NCBI GenBank assembly: GCA_963702895.1
Contig: OY969767.1
Location: forward strand, 1,248,001 to 1,312,000
Source of the DNA: an uncultured Elusimicrobia bacterium
Lineage (GTDB): Bacteria > Elusimicrobiota > Elusimicrobia > 2-01-FULL-59-12
DNA length: 64,000 nucleotides
Reading direction: 5' to 3'
The position numbers and the translations under genes are program-made. Under the pieces are notes generated by a model that did no database searches, was not told where the DNA came from, and saw only the letters and a list, made by a program, of their open reading frames with translations. Shown in pieces: positions 10,116 to 21,429 of the stretch. How positions within the stretch are numbered: position 1 is the stretch's first letter; every line of letters begins with the position of its first letter.

Positions 10116-11558
10116 TTGCGTTGGACGAATACCACATCGTCGTTTTGGTTGATTGTGCTCTGGAGTTTCGCCGTGCACCTCCCGGGATTATTTTCTCCCC
10201 TACGAGACTACCATGCCTACCGGCAGTGTCAGACCGCATCGATGGCGAGGAACTATGCGCAGCACGGCATGCACTTTCTATCACCCGAAGTCGACACCGA
10301 AGGGCCTCCGGTGCGAGCCGGGACCGAATTTCCCCTTTACAGTTATCTCCTGGCCATGCTGTTCAGTGCTTTTGGAACGAATGAGTTATTCGGCAGACTC
10401 TTGAGCATGGTCTTCGCCGCGTGGGGCGCATGGTATCTCTATCGTTTGGTCCAGCCACGTCTCGGCGAAACGATTGCCTTCTACAGCGCCCTGGTTCTCT
10501 GCGCGATCCCGATCCACATCTATTTCACCCGTACGGTGCAACCGGAACCGATGGCCCTCTGGGGGCTCATCGGATTCGCCTGTTACGCCGACCTGTGGCA
10601 ATCCGGCAAGAGGAAGGCGATTTATTGGATCAATGCGCTTCTTCTTGCGGCCATCGCGCCGCTCTTGAAACTTCCCTTCCTCTATCTGATTGTCGGCCTG
10701 TGGTTTTTTATTGCTTATGATCATGGGAAATGGCGTGCCGTCTTCCAGCTTTCTTGGCTGGCGCTCCTGCTCAGCGTTTTGGGGCTTTGTTTCGCCTGGT
10801 ACGACTATGCGAAGAGTGCGCCCGTGGTCCTTCTTCCCCTTGGCCTTTCCGATCATCTGGCTAATCTTGCCCCTGTCTTCTCCGTTGGCTTATGGAAAGA
10901 CCAGTTTTGGTCCCGTTTTCCAGAACTCGTGTTTACTTACCCCGGGTTGCTCTTGGCCGGCGCCGGGTTTTACAACCTGCGCAAGGCCAAGTCTTTATTC
11001 CTTTTAGCGGGCTGGACGCTGACGAGCCTTGTCTATGTTGTGCTTCTTGGCGGCTACGGCCTCATGCACAAATACACGCTCTTGCCCGTGGCTCCTGTTG
11101 CAGCGGTTTGGATCGCGAGCGGCATTGGCATGCTCAAGGGGTATGCCCAAGGGAGATTCATCCGAAGCGTCTTTCTTCTGATTCTGGTGATTGGAATCCC
11201 CGTGCATGCGGCATTTCGAATTGGCCATTGGTATCGTGTTGAATACGACTATCTGTCCCGCGTGAAAGAAGCGATTGATCGACGAGCCCAACCGAAAGAC
11301 CTCGTACTCGTCATCACGCATGAAAAGCCACAACACCTTTATTATCTCCATCGCTATGGGTACAGTCTCGAGCCTTCCCGATGGAAGAAGGACGACGTGC
11401 TCACCATGCTCCATCAAGGAGTGCGCTTTATTCTCATTCCGACCTTCGACAACGCCAAAAGACTCACGGAATGGCGGGCTTTGTTGAGAGGGAAAGCCGA
11501 GCTAATTGAAGAGGATGACGATTATTTGCTCTATCAGTCTGTTGCCCGCCAAGGATAA
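10116..11558 (+). CDS. Membrane glycosyltransferase, GT-C fold (GT39/ArnT-like)
   Basis: Many TM segments; [18 protein letters not shown] and QPE motifs typical of PMT/ArnT-like proteins. Confidence 0.8.
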   Translation: MRWTNTTSSFWLIVLWSFAVHLPGLFSPLRDYHAYRQCQTASMARNYAQHGMHFLSPEVDTEGPPVRAGTEFPLYSYLLAMLFSAFGTNELFGRLLSMVFAAWGAWYLYRLVQPRLGETIAFYSALVLCAIPIHIYFTRTVQPEPMALWGLIGFACYADLWQSGKRKAIYWINALLLAAIAPLLKLPFLYLIVGLWFFIAYDHGKWRAVFQLSWLALLLSVLGLCFAWYDYAKSAPVVLLPLGLSDHLANLAPVFSVGLWKDQFWSRFPELVFTYPGLLLAGAGFYNLRKAKSLFLLAGWTLTSLVYVVLLGGYGLMHKYTLLPVAPVAAVWIASGIGMLKGYAQGRFIRSVFLLILVIGIPVHAAFRIGHWYRVEYDYLSRVKEAIDRRAQPKDLVLVITHEKPQHLYYLHRYGYSLEPSRWKKDDVLTMLHQGVRFILIPTFDNAKRLTEWRALLRGKAELIEEDDDYLLYQSVARQG

Positions 11559-13957
11559 AACTGCGCCTCAAACTCCCTGTCACTTTTCTCACGTGCCTTC
11601 TGAGCACCCATCCTCAAATTAAAGAGAACGGAGTATTCCCGTGTTACGGGTGGCAGGTTTTTGTAAATGAACTGGATGTCCCAGCAGTGCATGTTGCGCG
11701 TGACCACAAACTGCGATTGGAGGAGCGAGGCATACCGGAGGTCACCCCAACGGGTGTTCGGTATGAGCGAATTGAGGATGGCCTCGACGCGCCATGAGCT
11801 CGAATAGTAAAACGCCGCCGTATTGTTCCACGTGAGATAACCGGCCTGGCCGGCGTTGTAGGAGAGTCCTGTCTGCAAGGACGTATTGTGCGGCCATTTC
11901 CACCTTGCATCGGCTTCCCAGAGAAGGCTTCGCGTAGGGTAATAACCCATCTGATGGCGGAAGAAATAACTATGGGGGGAACCCGATCGCTGGATGGTCA
12001 ACTCATTGGTCCAGGGATCCACGCGCCTCTGACTGTATTGATAGGGGTCTTCATCCTCGAGGGATCTTAAATCATAGCCCGAGAAAGAGCGAAGCAAGAT
12101 CTGACGGGATGGCCTGAAATAGAGCAGCCATCTTAAGTGGTTCGTCTCCACCCCGCCGTCCGAGAGCGAGCGATCAAGCGCGAGCGCATTGGGCTCCATG
12201 CGGAGCGTGAGATTATAGTTTTGGTCAAGCGTAATCGGCGACCATGGCCTGTAGCGGAGATTGCCGGTGCCGCCCAAGCGTCCCTGGTAGCCGCGAAAAT
12301 AACCCGACGGAATTTCCACAGGCGCACCGGTTGACGTGCTGACAAAGGGATCGTATTTGTCCTGCCATTTCAAGGAAGGGGTAAGGGTTGTCGACAATGA
12401 CCATTGACGTGAGAGGTTGACCGGTAGCGAAAAAGTGGCCGCGGCATTGGCGCGCCAGCGGGTCTGGTCATCAATCCGCGAATAAGAGTTTTCCAAATTC
12501 CCATTGCCGGAAAGCTGCAGGGCGCCTACATGGTGGGGGTGTAAGACCTGTTCTAAGGTGTCGGTCGAGACACGCGGGGCCCAAAGAGGACGCTGGAAGA
12601 AACTGGCCTCATAGCGAGGCAAAGAAGCCTCCTGGATATGCGTTTCTCCGTAAAGCGGATCAGCGCCGGCATCAGGCGCTTCCAGCGATTTAAAGAGAAC
12701 ACGGTGGGTCGATTTTTTACTGGAATGCGTCAGGGCGACCGAATTGTTGATATCGGTCACGGATTGATTCGTGTCCTGCGTGAAGAACTGGTTGTTAAAG
12801 GAAACATTCTTACGGTGGTTGACATTGGACTGGAACGTGAGCGTTGGCGATACCTGTTGCCAGTGGTAAGAGCGAATGTTGTACTGCTCGGTCTTCGGCG
12901 CTCCAATGAGCTCGGGGGTCCCTTTAGGGTCGATATAGTATCCAAAGAGAGAACCCTTATAGTCTGGCCGAGAATAATTAAACTCATTTCCGAAACCCGT
13001 GCCAGAGACCGTGTAGAAATCGAGCAGGACTTTGTCGTAAATGCCGTCACGGATCCTGACGGTGGTCGTCGTCCGGGCGAAGGACCCTTTGACCGTGTCG
13101 TGCCCTGGCTCGACCTGGAACACAACGCGCTTGGGCTCAAAGGACTTGTACATAAAGGGCGAGTAGAAAATAGGCGTTTCGTCGATGTAGAAGCGGTTGT
13201 CCCATGCCCAGAAAAAGCGGTCTGGAATCAGATGCACGCGGCTCGAGCGAACATGGTAATGAGGGTCAATCAAGTCACAGGACGTAAACGACGCTTGGCG
13301 CCCGAGATAATAATCGAGGTTCTTTTCCCAACGGGCCCCTTGGAAATACCAAGGCGATCCATAACCTTTGCCGTCTGTCATTTCGCCTTTTTGTAAGGTG
13401 AGATCATAGGCCAGTTGATTTCCTGCGAGGACCGATCCCTGGTCCCTTAAAAAGACGTTGCCACGTCCTAGCAATCGATTATGCAGGCGGTCGTAAATGA
13501 CGAGGTCGGCGTGGAGTGTCGAACTGCCTTGCAGAACCACCACATGACCTTCGGCGGTCAGTTCTTGTGTCTCATCGTTGTATTCCAGAACGTCCGAGGA
13601 AATGTCGAAGGGATGGTGAGCGTTGAAAGCTTGGAGGATGCCTGGTCTTAGGACGACGGAGAACACGATCAACGCTAGCAGGCTGCCGAAAAAGTGTATC
13701 AACGTCTCTTTTGACGTCACCCCGGCGGAAGCCGGCCCTCCAGACACCCGGCGGGCCGGGTCGCCGGACTTGTGGAGACCCGGGGTCCAGTTCACCGACG
13801 ATGTTCTGGATTCCGGCTTTCGCCGGAATGACGCCTGTAAGACCTTCGGAAGGATTTTTCGGCAGCCGGCTAGCCGAGCGAAGAAAACCAGAGGTCTAGG
13901 GTACAACGATTCGAGCGGTAGGGGGCAGAAGCGCTGAGGACTATCTGAAAAGTTCAT
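11534..13957 (-). CDS. lptD: LPS-assembly protein LptD (start uncertain: 13957, 13906 or 13702; N-terminus contains a MITE)
   Basis: OstA-like N-domain (LEYN...AEGHV...LHAD...GNV), FTSCD..PHY motif, and a long beta-barrel-like C-domain ending ...MHCW... Confidence 0.85.
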   Translation of the reverse strand: MNFSDSPQRFCPLPLESLYPRPLVFFARLAGCRKILPKVLQASFRRKPESRTSSVNWTPGLHKSGDPARRVSGGPASAGVTSKETLIHFFGSLLALIVFSVVLRPGILQAFNAHHPFDISSDVLEYNDETQELTAEGHVVVLQGSSTLHADLVIYDRLHNRLLGRGNVFLRDQGSVLAGNQLAYDLTLQKGEMTDGKGYGSPWYFQGARWEKNLDYYLGRQASFTSCDLIDPHYHVRSSRVHLIPDRFFWAWDNRFYIDETPIFYSPFMYKSFEPKRVVFQVEPGHDTVKGSFARTTTTVRIRDGIYDKVLLDFYTVSGTGFGNEFNYSRPDYKGSLFGYYIDPKGTPELIGAPKTEQYNIRSYHWQQVSPTLTFQSNVNHRKNVSFNNQFFTQDTNQSVTDINNSVALTHSSKKSTHRVLFKSLEAPDAGADPLYGETHIQEASLPRYEASFFQRPLWAPRVSTDTLEQVLHPHHVGALQLSGNGNLENSYSRIDDQTRWRANAAATFSLPVNLSRQWSLSTTLTPSLKWQDKYDPFVSTSTGAPVEIPSGYFRGYQGRLGGTGNLRYRPWSPITLDQNYNLTLRMEPNALALDRSLSDGGVETNHLRWLLYFRPSRQILLRSFSGYDLRSLEDEDPYQYSQRRVDPWTNELTIQRSGSPHSYFFRHQMGYYPTRSLLWEADARWKWPHNTSLQTGLSYNAGQAGYLTWNNTAAFYYSSSWRVEAILNSLIPNTRWGDLRYASLLQSQFVVTRNMHCWDIQFIYKNLPPVTREYSVLFNLRMGAQKAREKSDREFEAQFYPWRATD
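13679..13869. mobile_element. MITE with CAGGCTGCCGAAAAA termini, CTAG target duplication and REP-type core
   Basis: TIRs 13679-13693 and 13855-13869 match 14/15. CTAG at 13675-13678 and 13870-13873. CGTC...GACG core at 13715-13833. Confidence 0.85.
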
Positions 13958-14897
13958 GCGCCAAGAGCCCTGCGCCAACCATGCCGAGGTCCTGATCCAA
14001 CCGGGAGATGACCAGTTTCACAGCTCTTGCGGGGGTGTGGAAACTTCTCTCCAGAATGGTGCGTTTCAAGGGCTGGAGCAAGAGGGGACCCGCACGGGAT
14101 AGCCCACCCGCAATCACGATCCATTCGGGGTTCAGCAAATTCACGACGGATGCCAGCGTCGTTCCCAGCCGTGTCCCGGCCTGTTCCCAGAGGTGCAGTG
14201 CGAGGGAATCACCCGCGCGCGCGGCTTTCTGGATGATATGAGGAGATAATTTCGACCAATCGCCATGGACTTGCGTTGAGAGGAGACTCTTCGTACCGGA
14301 CTTGATAGCCAGGACCGCTTCCTGGCACATCGCTTTCGATCCGACATAGCGCTCGGTGCATCCCTGGTTGCCGCAGGGACAAGGGACTCCATTTGGACAG
14401 AGTGTCATATGTCCGAGCTCGCCAGCGCTGCCCGTCGCGCCATGATAAAGCTTGCCATCGATGACCAGGCCCCCGCCAACCCCTGTGCCGACCGTGACGC
14501 AGAGCAGATTGCTGACGCGCCTTTTGGCCTCCACCACATATGCGGCCCAGGCGGCGACGTTGGCGTCGTTATCCACCAGGATGGGGACGTGGAGTTGTTC
14601 GAGCAGCATGCGCTTCAGTGGGACATTCTTCCAAAGCAGATTGGGAGACATCCGCACAACTCCTTTGCTGGAATCGATATCGCCCGCACAACCTACCCCA
14701 ATGCCTTTGATGTGCTCCTTGCCAATTTGTCTGATCACCGCTCGTGCGAGTTCCACCACAGGCGCGATGATCTCTCTCGACGTGGCCTTCAGGGGCGTAG
14801 GTAAACGGGAGGACTGATGGATCTTGCCCTTCTGATCGACCAGCGCAACCTTGATGCCAGTTCCTCCCATATCAATTCCTAGCGTGAACTTAGACAT
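13941..14897 (-). CDS. ROK family sugar kinase (glucokinase)
   Basis: GIDMGGT, NDANVAA, GTGVGGG and GELGH...CPCGNQGCTE motifs. Confidence 0.93.
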   Translation of the reverse strand: MSKFTLGIDMGGTGIKVALVDQKGKIHQSSRLPTPLKATSREIIAPVVELARAVIRQIGKEHIKGIGVGCAGDIDSSKGVVRMSPNLLWKNVPLKRMLLEQLHVPILVDNDANVAAWAAYVVEAKRRVSNLLCVTVGTGVGGGLVIDGKLYHGATGSAGELGHMTLCPNGVPCPCGNQGCTERYVGSKAMCQEAVLAIKSGTKSLLSTQVHGDWSKLSPHIIQKAARAGDSLALHLWEQAGTRLGTTLASVVNLLNPEWIVIAGGLSRAGPLLLQPLKRTILERSFHTPARAVKLVISRLDQDLGMVGAGLLAHELFR

Positions 14898-16140
14898 GAA
14901 TCGCCCTCGATGTTGGGTTGGTGCCTATCGTTTGTAAAGCGGTTCCGACGAGTGATAACGATCCTGTGATCACGATCAGCCCGTCTTTCGGCGTATCACG
15001 CCGCGATGCCAAATAAGCCGACTCAAAGTCGTGAAAAGTGCGCACCGGTATTCGTGGTGCATGGATCGCCTTGCGCAAGTCGTTCAACGAGGCAGCCCGA
15101 TGGCCGGACAATGGACAAAGGCATACCTCATCGGCAACGCGAGAGATCATGCGGCCCATGGAGGGGATGTCTTTATCCTTAAAAGCGCTGAAAATGAACG
15201 TCTTGGGAGCCTTCCGGTAGACAGAGCTGCGTAAAGCTTGGAGAAGCATCTTCATGGCCGATGGATTATGCGCGCCATCGAGTAAGACGGTTGGTCCGCG
15301 TGGGGAGGTGATCACCTGAAAGCGGCCAGGCCATTCGACATGTCGGAGCGCGGCTTGCATGGTGTCCTTGGGAATGACCCAGGCTTGCTTCGTGAGCTCT
15401 TGAAGTGCGGCGAGAACGATGGCGGCGTTATGGAGCTGAAACCCACCCGAGAGCCCAAAAGGAATCCTTTGAATTTTGAAATCCCTCCCCAGTTGGAGAA
15501 GCGTGCATTGTTTAAGGCGCGCCTCGTTGGCTACCACCGTTTTGGGAGATCCTTGGACACCGGATAGGGCTATCGTGCCCCTTCGAAAGATCCCGCATTT
15601 ATGTCGCGCAATCTCTTCCAACGTCTTTCCGAGGTAATCCGTATGGTCGAGTCCGACCGATGTCAGGATGCTCAAGAGAGGCGATCGAATGACGTTGGTC
15701 GCATCCCATCGGCCCCCCATGCCACATTCAATCACAGCGATTTCGACGGCGGCCTGTGCGAACACATGGAAGGCGGCTGCTGTGAGGAACTCAAAATACG
15801 TGAGCTTGACACGAACCTTGGCTTCGGCCGAGCGGATATCGCGACCAGCCGTGAGGAAGGTGTGCTCACGGATGGGTTGTCCATTGATTTTGATACGTTC
15901 GAGCAAATGAATGAGGTGGGGCGAGGTGTAAAGCCCGGTCTTGTAACCGCTGGCCCGTAACACAGACTCAAGGGCAGCCGCAACGGAGCCCTTGCCATTG
16001 GTGCCGGCAATCAAAAGAGCGGGCACACGGTCCTGTGGGGAGCCCAGAGCCGCGAGCACCTTGCGTATGCGGCCCAGCCCCGGGCGGATCCGGAAGACAT
16101 CACGGCGAGCAAGAGCTTTGATGAACGATTCGTAGCTCAT
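14890..16140 (-). CDS. folC: Dihydrofolate/folylpolyglutamate synthase
   Basis: AGTNGKGS, TSPHL, GMGGRWDATN, WPGR and DGAHN motifs. Confidence 0.95.
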   Translation of the reverse strand: MSYESFIKALARRDVFRIRPGLGRIRKVLAALGSPQDRVPALLIAGTNGKGSVAAALESVLRASGYKTGLYTSPHLIHLLERIKINGQPIREHTFLTAGRDIRSAEAKVRVKLTYFEFLTAAAFHVFAQAAVEIAVIECGMGGRWDATNVIRSPLLSILTSVGLDHTDYLGKTLEEIARHKCGIFRRGTIALSGVQGSPKTVVANEARLKQCTLLQLGRDFKIQRIPFGLSGGFQLHNAAIVLAALQELTKQAWVIPKDTMQAALRHVEWPGRFQVITSPRGPTVLLDGAHNPSAMKMLLQALRSSVYRKAPKTFIFSAFKDKDIPSMGRMISRVADEVCLCPLSGHRAASLNDLRKAIHAPRIPVRTFHDFESAYLASRRDTPKDGLIVITGSLSLVGTALQTIGTNPTSRAIHV

Positions 16141-17012
16141 GAAGTGGGGGGTTGGCCGGATGCTTTCTCTGCTGGCACATTCGTCTTCTCTTCCGTTGCA
16201 AAATAAGCCAGCATCTTCCCGAGGCAAGAACGTAGGTCTTTGCGCTCGACAATGGCATCAATCATGCCATGGGTCAACAAGAATTCAGAAAGCTGAAAGC
16301 CTTCGGGGAGCTGCTGACGGATGGTCTGTTCAATCACCCGGGGCCCCGCAAAGGCGATGAGGGCCTTCGGTTCAGCAAGGATAATGTCACCCAACATCGC
16401 AAAGGAGGCCGTGACGCCACCCGTTGTGGGATCAGCAAGCAGAGAAAAAAACGGGATGCCCGCTTCGGAGAGTCTTGCGAGCGCGGCACTCGTCTTGGCC
16501 ATTTGCATCAGGGACAAAATAGACTCCTGCATGCGCGCTCCGCCTGAGGCCGAAGCGATGAGGAGCGGATTCCTCGATTTGAGGGCCATCTCGATCGCGA
16601 GAGTCACTTTTTCCCCCACAACACTCCCCATGCTGCCGGCCATAAAGTCAAAGTCGAGCAGCGCGGCGACAAGAGGACGCCCCTCGACCGTGCCTTGACC
16701 ACAGAGACAGGCATCGCGCTGTCCTGTCTTTTTTTGGCTTTGTTTTAAGCGGGTCGCGTAAGGTTGAATATCGACAAAACCGATGGGGTCGCTCGGCATG
16801 ATGTTCTGTCCCAACTCTTGAAAGGATCCTTCATCGAATAATTGCTTGACGCGCTCCCTGGCGCTCAGTCTGAAATGAGCGCCGCATTTGGGGCACACGC
16901 GAAGATTGTCTTCGAGTTCCTTGTTGTAAATAATTTGTTCGCATTTATCACATTTAGTCCAAACCCCCTCAGGGATGGCCTTTTTTGTTCTGGCCGATGG
17001 TTCAAGAGGCAT
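16137..17012 (-). CDS. accD: Acetyl-CoA carboxylase carboxyltransferase beta subunit
   Basis: Zn finger CxxC...CPKC; GSMGSVVGEK, SGGARMQE and PTTGGVTASFA motifs. Confidence 0.97.
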   Translation of the reverse strand: MPLEPSARTKKAIPEGVWTKCDKCEQIIYNKELEDNLRVCPKCGAHFRLSARERVKQLFDEGSFQELGQNIMPSDPIGFVDIQPYATRLKQSQKKTGQRDACLCGQGTVEGRPLVAALLDFDFMAGSMGSVVGEKVTLAIEMALKSRNPLLIASASGGARMQESILSLMQMAKTSAALARLSEAGIPFFSLLADPTTGGVTASFAMLGDIILAEPKALIAFAGPRVIEQTIRQQLPEGFQLSEFLLTHGMIDAIVERKDLRSCLGKMLAYFATEEKTNVPAEKASGQPPTS

Positions 17013-17802
17013 GCAGTGCTCCTTTCAACGAACGAACGAGCTGGAGAACATCCCGGAAATGTTTGGACTTGGATCGTTCAGCCGCGCGAATGAGGGCAGA
17101 CCCCACAATCACGCCCTCGACCGTGCGGCCAACCCTTTTGGCCTGCGCTGGGGATGATATCCCAAAGCCTACCGCGACAGGCCTCCGGGAAGCGGCTTTC
17201 ACGGATTTTAGGAACTGATGCAAATGGAGGGGCAAGCTTCGTCGAACTCCCGTCACACCGGTCTGAGAGACGGTATAGAGAAATCCGCGGGACTGGGCAG
17301 CGATCTGACGCAAGCGCTTCGGCGGAGTGGTTGGCGCGACCAGGTAAATGAGGTGAACATGGTGCTTGCGCGCCGCTTGATGATAGGGCAAGCCTTCCTC
17401 AGGAATGATATCCGGAATAATCACGCCATCCACACCTGCGGCACTGCAGCGTTCAAAGAAACGAGAGATGCCCATCGCATAAACGGGATTGGCATAGCTC
17501 ATCAGAATGATGGGAATTTGAAGCCCCCCCCTGCGCCAAGCGTGCACTTCACGGAAAATCCAGTCAGGCGAGATTCGGTAACGCAGAGCTCTTTGTGATG
17601 ACTGTTGAATGGTAGGACCATCGGCGATGGGGTCCGAAAAGGGCACACCGATTTCAATCATATCGAGTCCCGCCTCCGCCATGGAAAGGACTAAGCGGTG
17701 GAATGCCTTGGGTGTTGGAAATCCTGCCGTCATATATCCAATCAGAGCTTTATGGCCATTCGCTTTTAATAGCGCAAACGTTCGATCAATACGATTACGC
17801 AT
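17002..17802 (-). CDS. trpA: Tryptophan synthase alpha chain
   Basis: [21 protein letters not shown] and VGFGIS motifs. Start at the ATG at 17802. Confidence 0.96.
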   Translation of the reverse strand: MRNRIDRTFALLKANGHKALIGYMTAGFPTPKAFHRLVLSMAEAGLDMIEIGVPFSDPIADGPTIQQSSQRALRYRISPDWIFREVHAWRRGGLQIPIILMSYANPVYAMGISRFFERCSAAGVDGVIIPDIIPEEGLPYHQAARKHHVHLIYLVAPTTPPKRLRQIAAQSRGFLYTVSQTGVTGVRRSLPLHLHQFLKSVKAASRRPVAVGFGISSPAQAKRVGRTVEGVIVGSALIRAAERSKSKHFRDVLQLVRSLKGALHAS

Positions 17803-18979
17803 AGTGGCCCTGTAATATAGGCATGTCTTTGTCGCCGCGTCCCGACAGATTAAGGATGATGATATCGCTTGTTTTAAAGCGCGACTTATGTTTCCTGAGA
17901 TAACCAATCGCGTGCGCCGGTTCAAGCGCTGGTAAAATCCCTTCGGTCCGGCACAGGAGCTCAAAACCGTTGAGGCATTCCTGATCAGAAGCGACTCCAT
18001 ACTCCGCGCGATGCGAATCTCTGTAATAGGCATGCTCCGGCCCGACGCCCGGATAGTCGAGCCCAGCCGATATGGAATGGGTCGCCTGGATTTGGCCCTG
18101 TCGGTCCTGAAGGACATAGCTCAGAGCGCCGTGCAGAATACCACGCGAGCCTTTGGCGAGTGAAGCCGCGTGATGTCCGGAAGCGAGTCCCCTCCCGGCA
18201 GGTTCGACACCGATCATGCGAACCGACTGATCCTTAAAAAAGGGATGAAACAGGCCGATGGAGTTCGATCCGCCCCCCACGCAAGCGACGAGATAATCGG
18301 GCAGGCGACCCTCCTCGCGCAAAATCTGCCGGCGTGCTTCCCGCCCAATAACAGACTGAAAGTCACGGACCATCATGGGGAACGGATGGGGCCCGACGAC
18401 AGAGCCCACCACATAATGGGTGGTTACGACGTTGGTGACCCAGTCTCGCATCGCCTCATTGATCGCGTCTTTCAGGGTCCTGGTGCCACTCTTAACCGGA
18501 ATGACACGCGCACCAAGGCGCTCCATGCGAAAGACATTGGGTGCCTGCCGCCGGATATCTTCTTCCCCCATATACACATCACAGGCGATGCCAAAGAAAG
18601 CCGCTGCAGTTGCTGTCGCGACCCCGTGCTGTCCCGCCCCGGTTTCCGCGATGACGCGCTTTTTTCCAAGGTGGCGCGTGAGCAGCATTTGCCCCAGTGC
18701 GTTATTAATCTTGTGGGAGCCGGTGTGGCAAAGGTCCTCTCGCTTGAGATAGAGGCGACCGTGTCCAAGCGCCGCACTCAGCCTCTTCGCATACATCAAA
18801 GGTGTCGGTCGGCCGGCAAAGGTCCTGAGGTGGTAGGCCAGTTCCTTCCTAAAGGTCGGGTCCTGTCGGGTTCTTCGATACGCGTCTTCAAGCTGCTGAA
18901 GAGCGGGCAAGAGAGTCTCCGGGATAAACCGTCCGCCGAAGGGGCCGAAGTAACCTCGCTTGTTAGGCAGGGCTCTCAT
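17795..18979 (-). CDS. trpB: Tryptophan synthase beta chain
   Basis: [23 protein letters not shown] and SAGLDYPG motifs. Confidence 0.98.
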   Translation of the reverse strand: MRALPNKRGYFGPFGGRFIPETLLPALQQLEDAYRRTRQDPTFRKELAYHLRTFAGRPTPLMYAKRLSAALGHGRLYLKREDLCHTGSHKINNALGQMLLTRHLGKKRVIAETGAGQHGVATATAAAFFGIACDVYMGEEDIRRQAPNVFRMERLGARVIPVKSGTRTLKDAINEAMRDWVTNVVTTHYVVGSVVGPHPFPMMVRDFQSVIGREARRQILREEGRLPDYLVACVGGGSNSIGLFHPFFKDQSVRMIGVEPAGRGLASGHHAASLAKGSRGILHGALSYVLQDRQGQIQATHSISAGLDYPGVGPEHAYYRDSHRAEYGVASDQECLNGFELLCRTEGILPALEPAHAIGYLRKHKSRFKTSDIIILNLSGRGDKDMPILQGHYA

Positions 18980-19608
18980 CGCACCGATTTGGCTATCTGG
19001 ATAAAGTTCTTCATCGCTTCATAGTCTTTTCTCGTTTGAGATTTCTCAACACCACTGCACACGTCGACCATGGGGGGATGGACAGCCTTGAGCGCTTCGA
19101 GAATATTGCCGGGGTGAAGCCCTCCAGCGAGAAACCAGGGCTTGGAATAGAGCTCAAGCGCCTTCAGCCAATCCCAGGAAAAGCTCAGCCCGGTGCCGCC
19201 CGGCATATCGACGGAATAGGTATCGAAGAGAAAATAATCGACATGCTCTTCGTAAGGCGTCAGTTCGGCGAGCTCGAGGGGCTTTTGTAAACGAAGGGCC
19301 TTGATGAGCTTGACACCAAGCGCCCGAGCGTCACGGCAATACTCAGGAGATTCCATCCCATGCAATTGAATGATTTTAAGTGGCACTCGTTTGACAGTCT
19401 TGGCCAGGGACTCCATTGGTTCATCAACAAAGACGCCCGCCAGACCCACGAAAGGTGGAATTTGCGCGGCCAGTTCTTTCGCGTGCTGAAGGGACACTTT
19501 CCTGGGACTTTGAGGACAGAAATTCAATCCGAGAAAGTCCGCTCCAAGGTTGGCCGCCCACAGAGCGTCTTGCGCGTTGGTCACACCACAGATCTTTACT
19601 TTCGGCAT
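18976..19608 (-). CDS. trpF: Phosphoribosylanthranilate isomerase
   Basis: VKICG, QLHG, GGTG and LAGGL motifs. Confidence 0.96.
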   Translation of the reverse strand: MPKVKICGVTNAQDALWAANLGADFLGLNFCPQSPRKVSLQHAKELAAQIPPFVGLAGVFVDEPMESLAKTVKRVPLKIIQLHGMESPEYCRDARALGVKLIKALRLQKPLELAELTPYEEHVDYFLFDTYSVDMPGGTGLSFSWDWLKALELYSKPWFLAGGLHPGNILEALKAVHPPMVDVCSGVEKSQTRKDYEAMKNFIQIAKSVR

Positions 19609-20387
19609 GCTTGGACAAACTCCCTTACGAGAAATTCCGGATGTTCTGATCGCATCAGTGCTTCACCGACCAAGACGGCATGGGCCCCCAGATCTTGCAG
19701 GGGGCGCAGCTCAGCTGGACTTTGGATGCCGCTTTCAACCACGATCGTAAGGCCTTTCCCCGTCGCCTTGGGGAGGAGTTTTGTCGCGGTAGAGGTGTCA
19801 ACGCGCAGCGTGTGGAGATTTCTGTTATTGATGCCGATGATCGCAGCTTTCGAAGCCACGGCATGTTCCAGCTCCTGGAGGGAGTTCACTTCAACGAGGG
19901 CATCGAGCCCGCAACCCTCACACTCTACGATAAAGTCTCTCAAGAGCTTTCCAGGCAAGAGGCTCGCGATCAGCAAGAGAGCGTCGGCCCCGAGCGTTTT
20001 GGATTCCAGGATCTGATAGAGGTCGATGATGAAGTCCTTACGAAGGATCGGGAGGTTGGTATGCTTTCGGGCGTTTTCCAGAAGCTGCGGGGAACCATGG
20101 AAGTAGTCTTCTTCTGTGAGAATAGACAGAGCGGCAGCCCCGCCCCGTGCGTAAGCTGAAATCTGAGCGGGGATGTCCTCCACCTTTCGGATCAGACCCG
20201 CGGACGGTGAGGCCTGCTTGAGCTCCGCGATGAGCGAGACCCTGCCGGGCTGCTCAATCGCTTTTCTGAAAGATCGGACGGGAGTGGTGGGAAGGTGCGC
20301 TCGCAAGACGGGGACCGGGACCCGCGCTTTTTGGACATCGACACGCTTTCGTGTCTGGGCCGTGACTTCTGCGAGGAAATCAGACAT
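19596..20387 (-). CDS. trpC: Indole-3-glycerol phosphate synthase
   Basis: IAELKQASPS, LRKDF, GINNRNL and ESGI motifs. Confidence 0.96.
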   Translation of the reverse strand: MSDFLAEVTAQTRKRVDVQKARVPVPVLRAHLPTTPVRSFRKAIEQPGRVSLIAELKQASPSAGLIRKVEDIPAQISAYARGGAAALSILTEEDYFHGSPQLLENARKHTNLPILRKDFIIDLYQILESKTLGADALLLIASLLPGKLLRDFIVECEGCGLDALVEVNSLQELEHAVASKAAIIGINNRNLHTLRVDTSTATKLLPKATGKGLTIVVESGIQSPAELRPLQDLGAHAVLVGEALMRSEHPEFLVREFVQACRK

Positions 20388-21429
20388 GCTCGTCCTCAAC
20401 GGGCGTGAGCGCTCGCTTTAATTGCTCATATTTGCGGAGGGCCGCTTTCGAGTCGAGGCTCTTTTGCGCCATGACGGCGCCATCCTTAAGGGTCATTGTT
20501 TTGGACCCCCCGGATTTGGTGCGCGCCGCAGCGCGGATGGCAGCGCCGGCGTTCATACAGACTGTATTTCTCAAATAGCCCTGGCGGCCATTTAACACTT
20601 CCAACAAGGCCCTGGCAAAATCCGCCGGGGTTTTCGACAGAGGCTCTTCCCGGACTTGAGTTTTGTAGCCAAAGTCTTCCGGTCTCCAGGTGTCGGTCCT
20701 CACCGTGTCCTGAGACAGTTCTGCCACTTCGGTAGGGCCACAAAGCGAGATTTCATCTTCTCCTTGACCATGGACAACACAGGCGGACTCGCAGCCCAAT
20801 CGCTTCAAGACTTCCGCCACAGGTTTTAACCAGATCGGGTCATAGACACCCATCAATTGAACATTAGGTTTTGCGGGATTCGAAAGCGGGCCAAGCAGGT
20901 TAAAGATCGTGCGCGTGGCCAGCTCCTTGCGCACCGGCATGGCATGCTTCATGGAAGGATGGAAAGCCGGAGCGAAGAGAAACGCAAGGCCCTGATCGGA
21001 CAGACATTTCTCGGCAATGGAGGCCTGCTCGAGCATCGGGAGGCCCAGAGCCTCAAGGACATCGGCTGAGCCGCAGGAGGATGAGACAGAACGATTGCCA
21101 TGTTTAGCGACGGTGTAACCAGCGCCTGCGACCACAAAAGCCGCCGCGGTGGAAACGTTGAAAATACTTTTCCCATCCCCACCGGTCCCGCAGGTGTCGA
21201 CGAGCGGCATTTTGTTTGTTACGACAGAGACGGAGGCTTCCCGCATGGCTTCGGAAGCACCTGTTAATTCGTCGATCGACTCCCCTTTCACGCGCAAGGC
21301 AGAAAGAACGGCAGCCAGATGGACGGGAGAAAGCTCTCCCTTCATGATCAACAGGAAGAGCTCTTTGGCTTCCTGTCGCGTGAGGGCCCGACGGTCCAGG
21401 AGTTTATGGAGAAACGGCAGTACGCTCAT
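20380..21429 (-). CDS. trpD: Anthranilate phosphoribosyltransferase
   Basis: [13 protein letters not shown] and [15 protein letters not shown] motifs. Confidence 0.96.
   Translation of the reverse strand: MSVLPFLHKLLDRRALTRQEAKELFLLIMKGELSPVHLAAVLSALRVKGESIDELTGASEAMREASVSVVTNKMPLVDTCGTGGDGKSIFNVSTAAAFVVAGAGYTVAKHGNRSVSSSCGSADVLEALGLPMLEQASIAEKCLSDQGLAFLFAPAFHPSMKHAMPVRKELATRTIFNLLGPLSNPAKPNVQLMGVYDPIWLKPVAEVLKRLGCESACVVHGQGEDEISLCGPTEVAELSQDTVRTDTWRPEDFGYKTQVREEPLSKTPADFARALLEVLNGRQGYLRNTVCMNAGAAIRAAARTKSGGSKTMTLKDGAVMAQKSLDSKAALRKYEQLKRALTPVEDEHV

Noticed and set aside
11534..11558. 25-bp convergent 3' overlap of the glycosyltransferase and lptD
   Set aside because: Short tail-to-tail overlaps are common in compact genomes and there is no further evidence of function.
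17002..18117. N-terminal extensions on trpA, trpD, trpG, hisA, hisH, folC, rfbA, rfbD, dusB, coaE, trpS and the ANTAR gene in the ORF track
   Set aside because: Each has a downstream start where homology begins, usually overlapping the previous stop codon.
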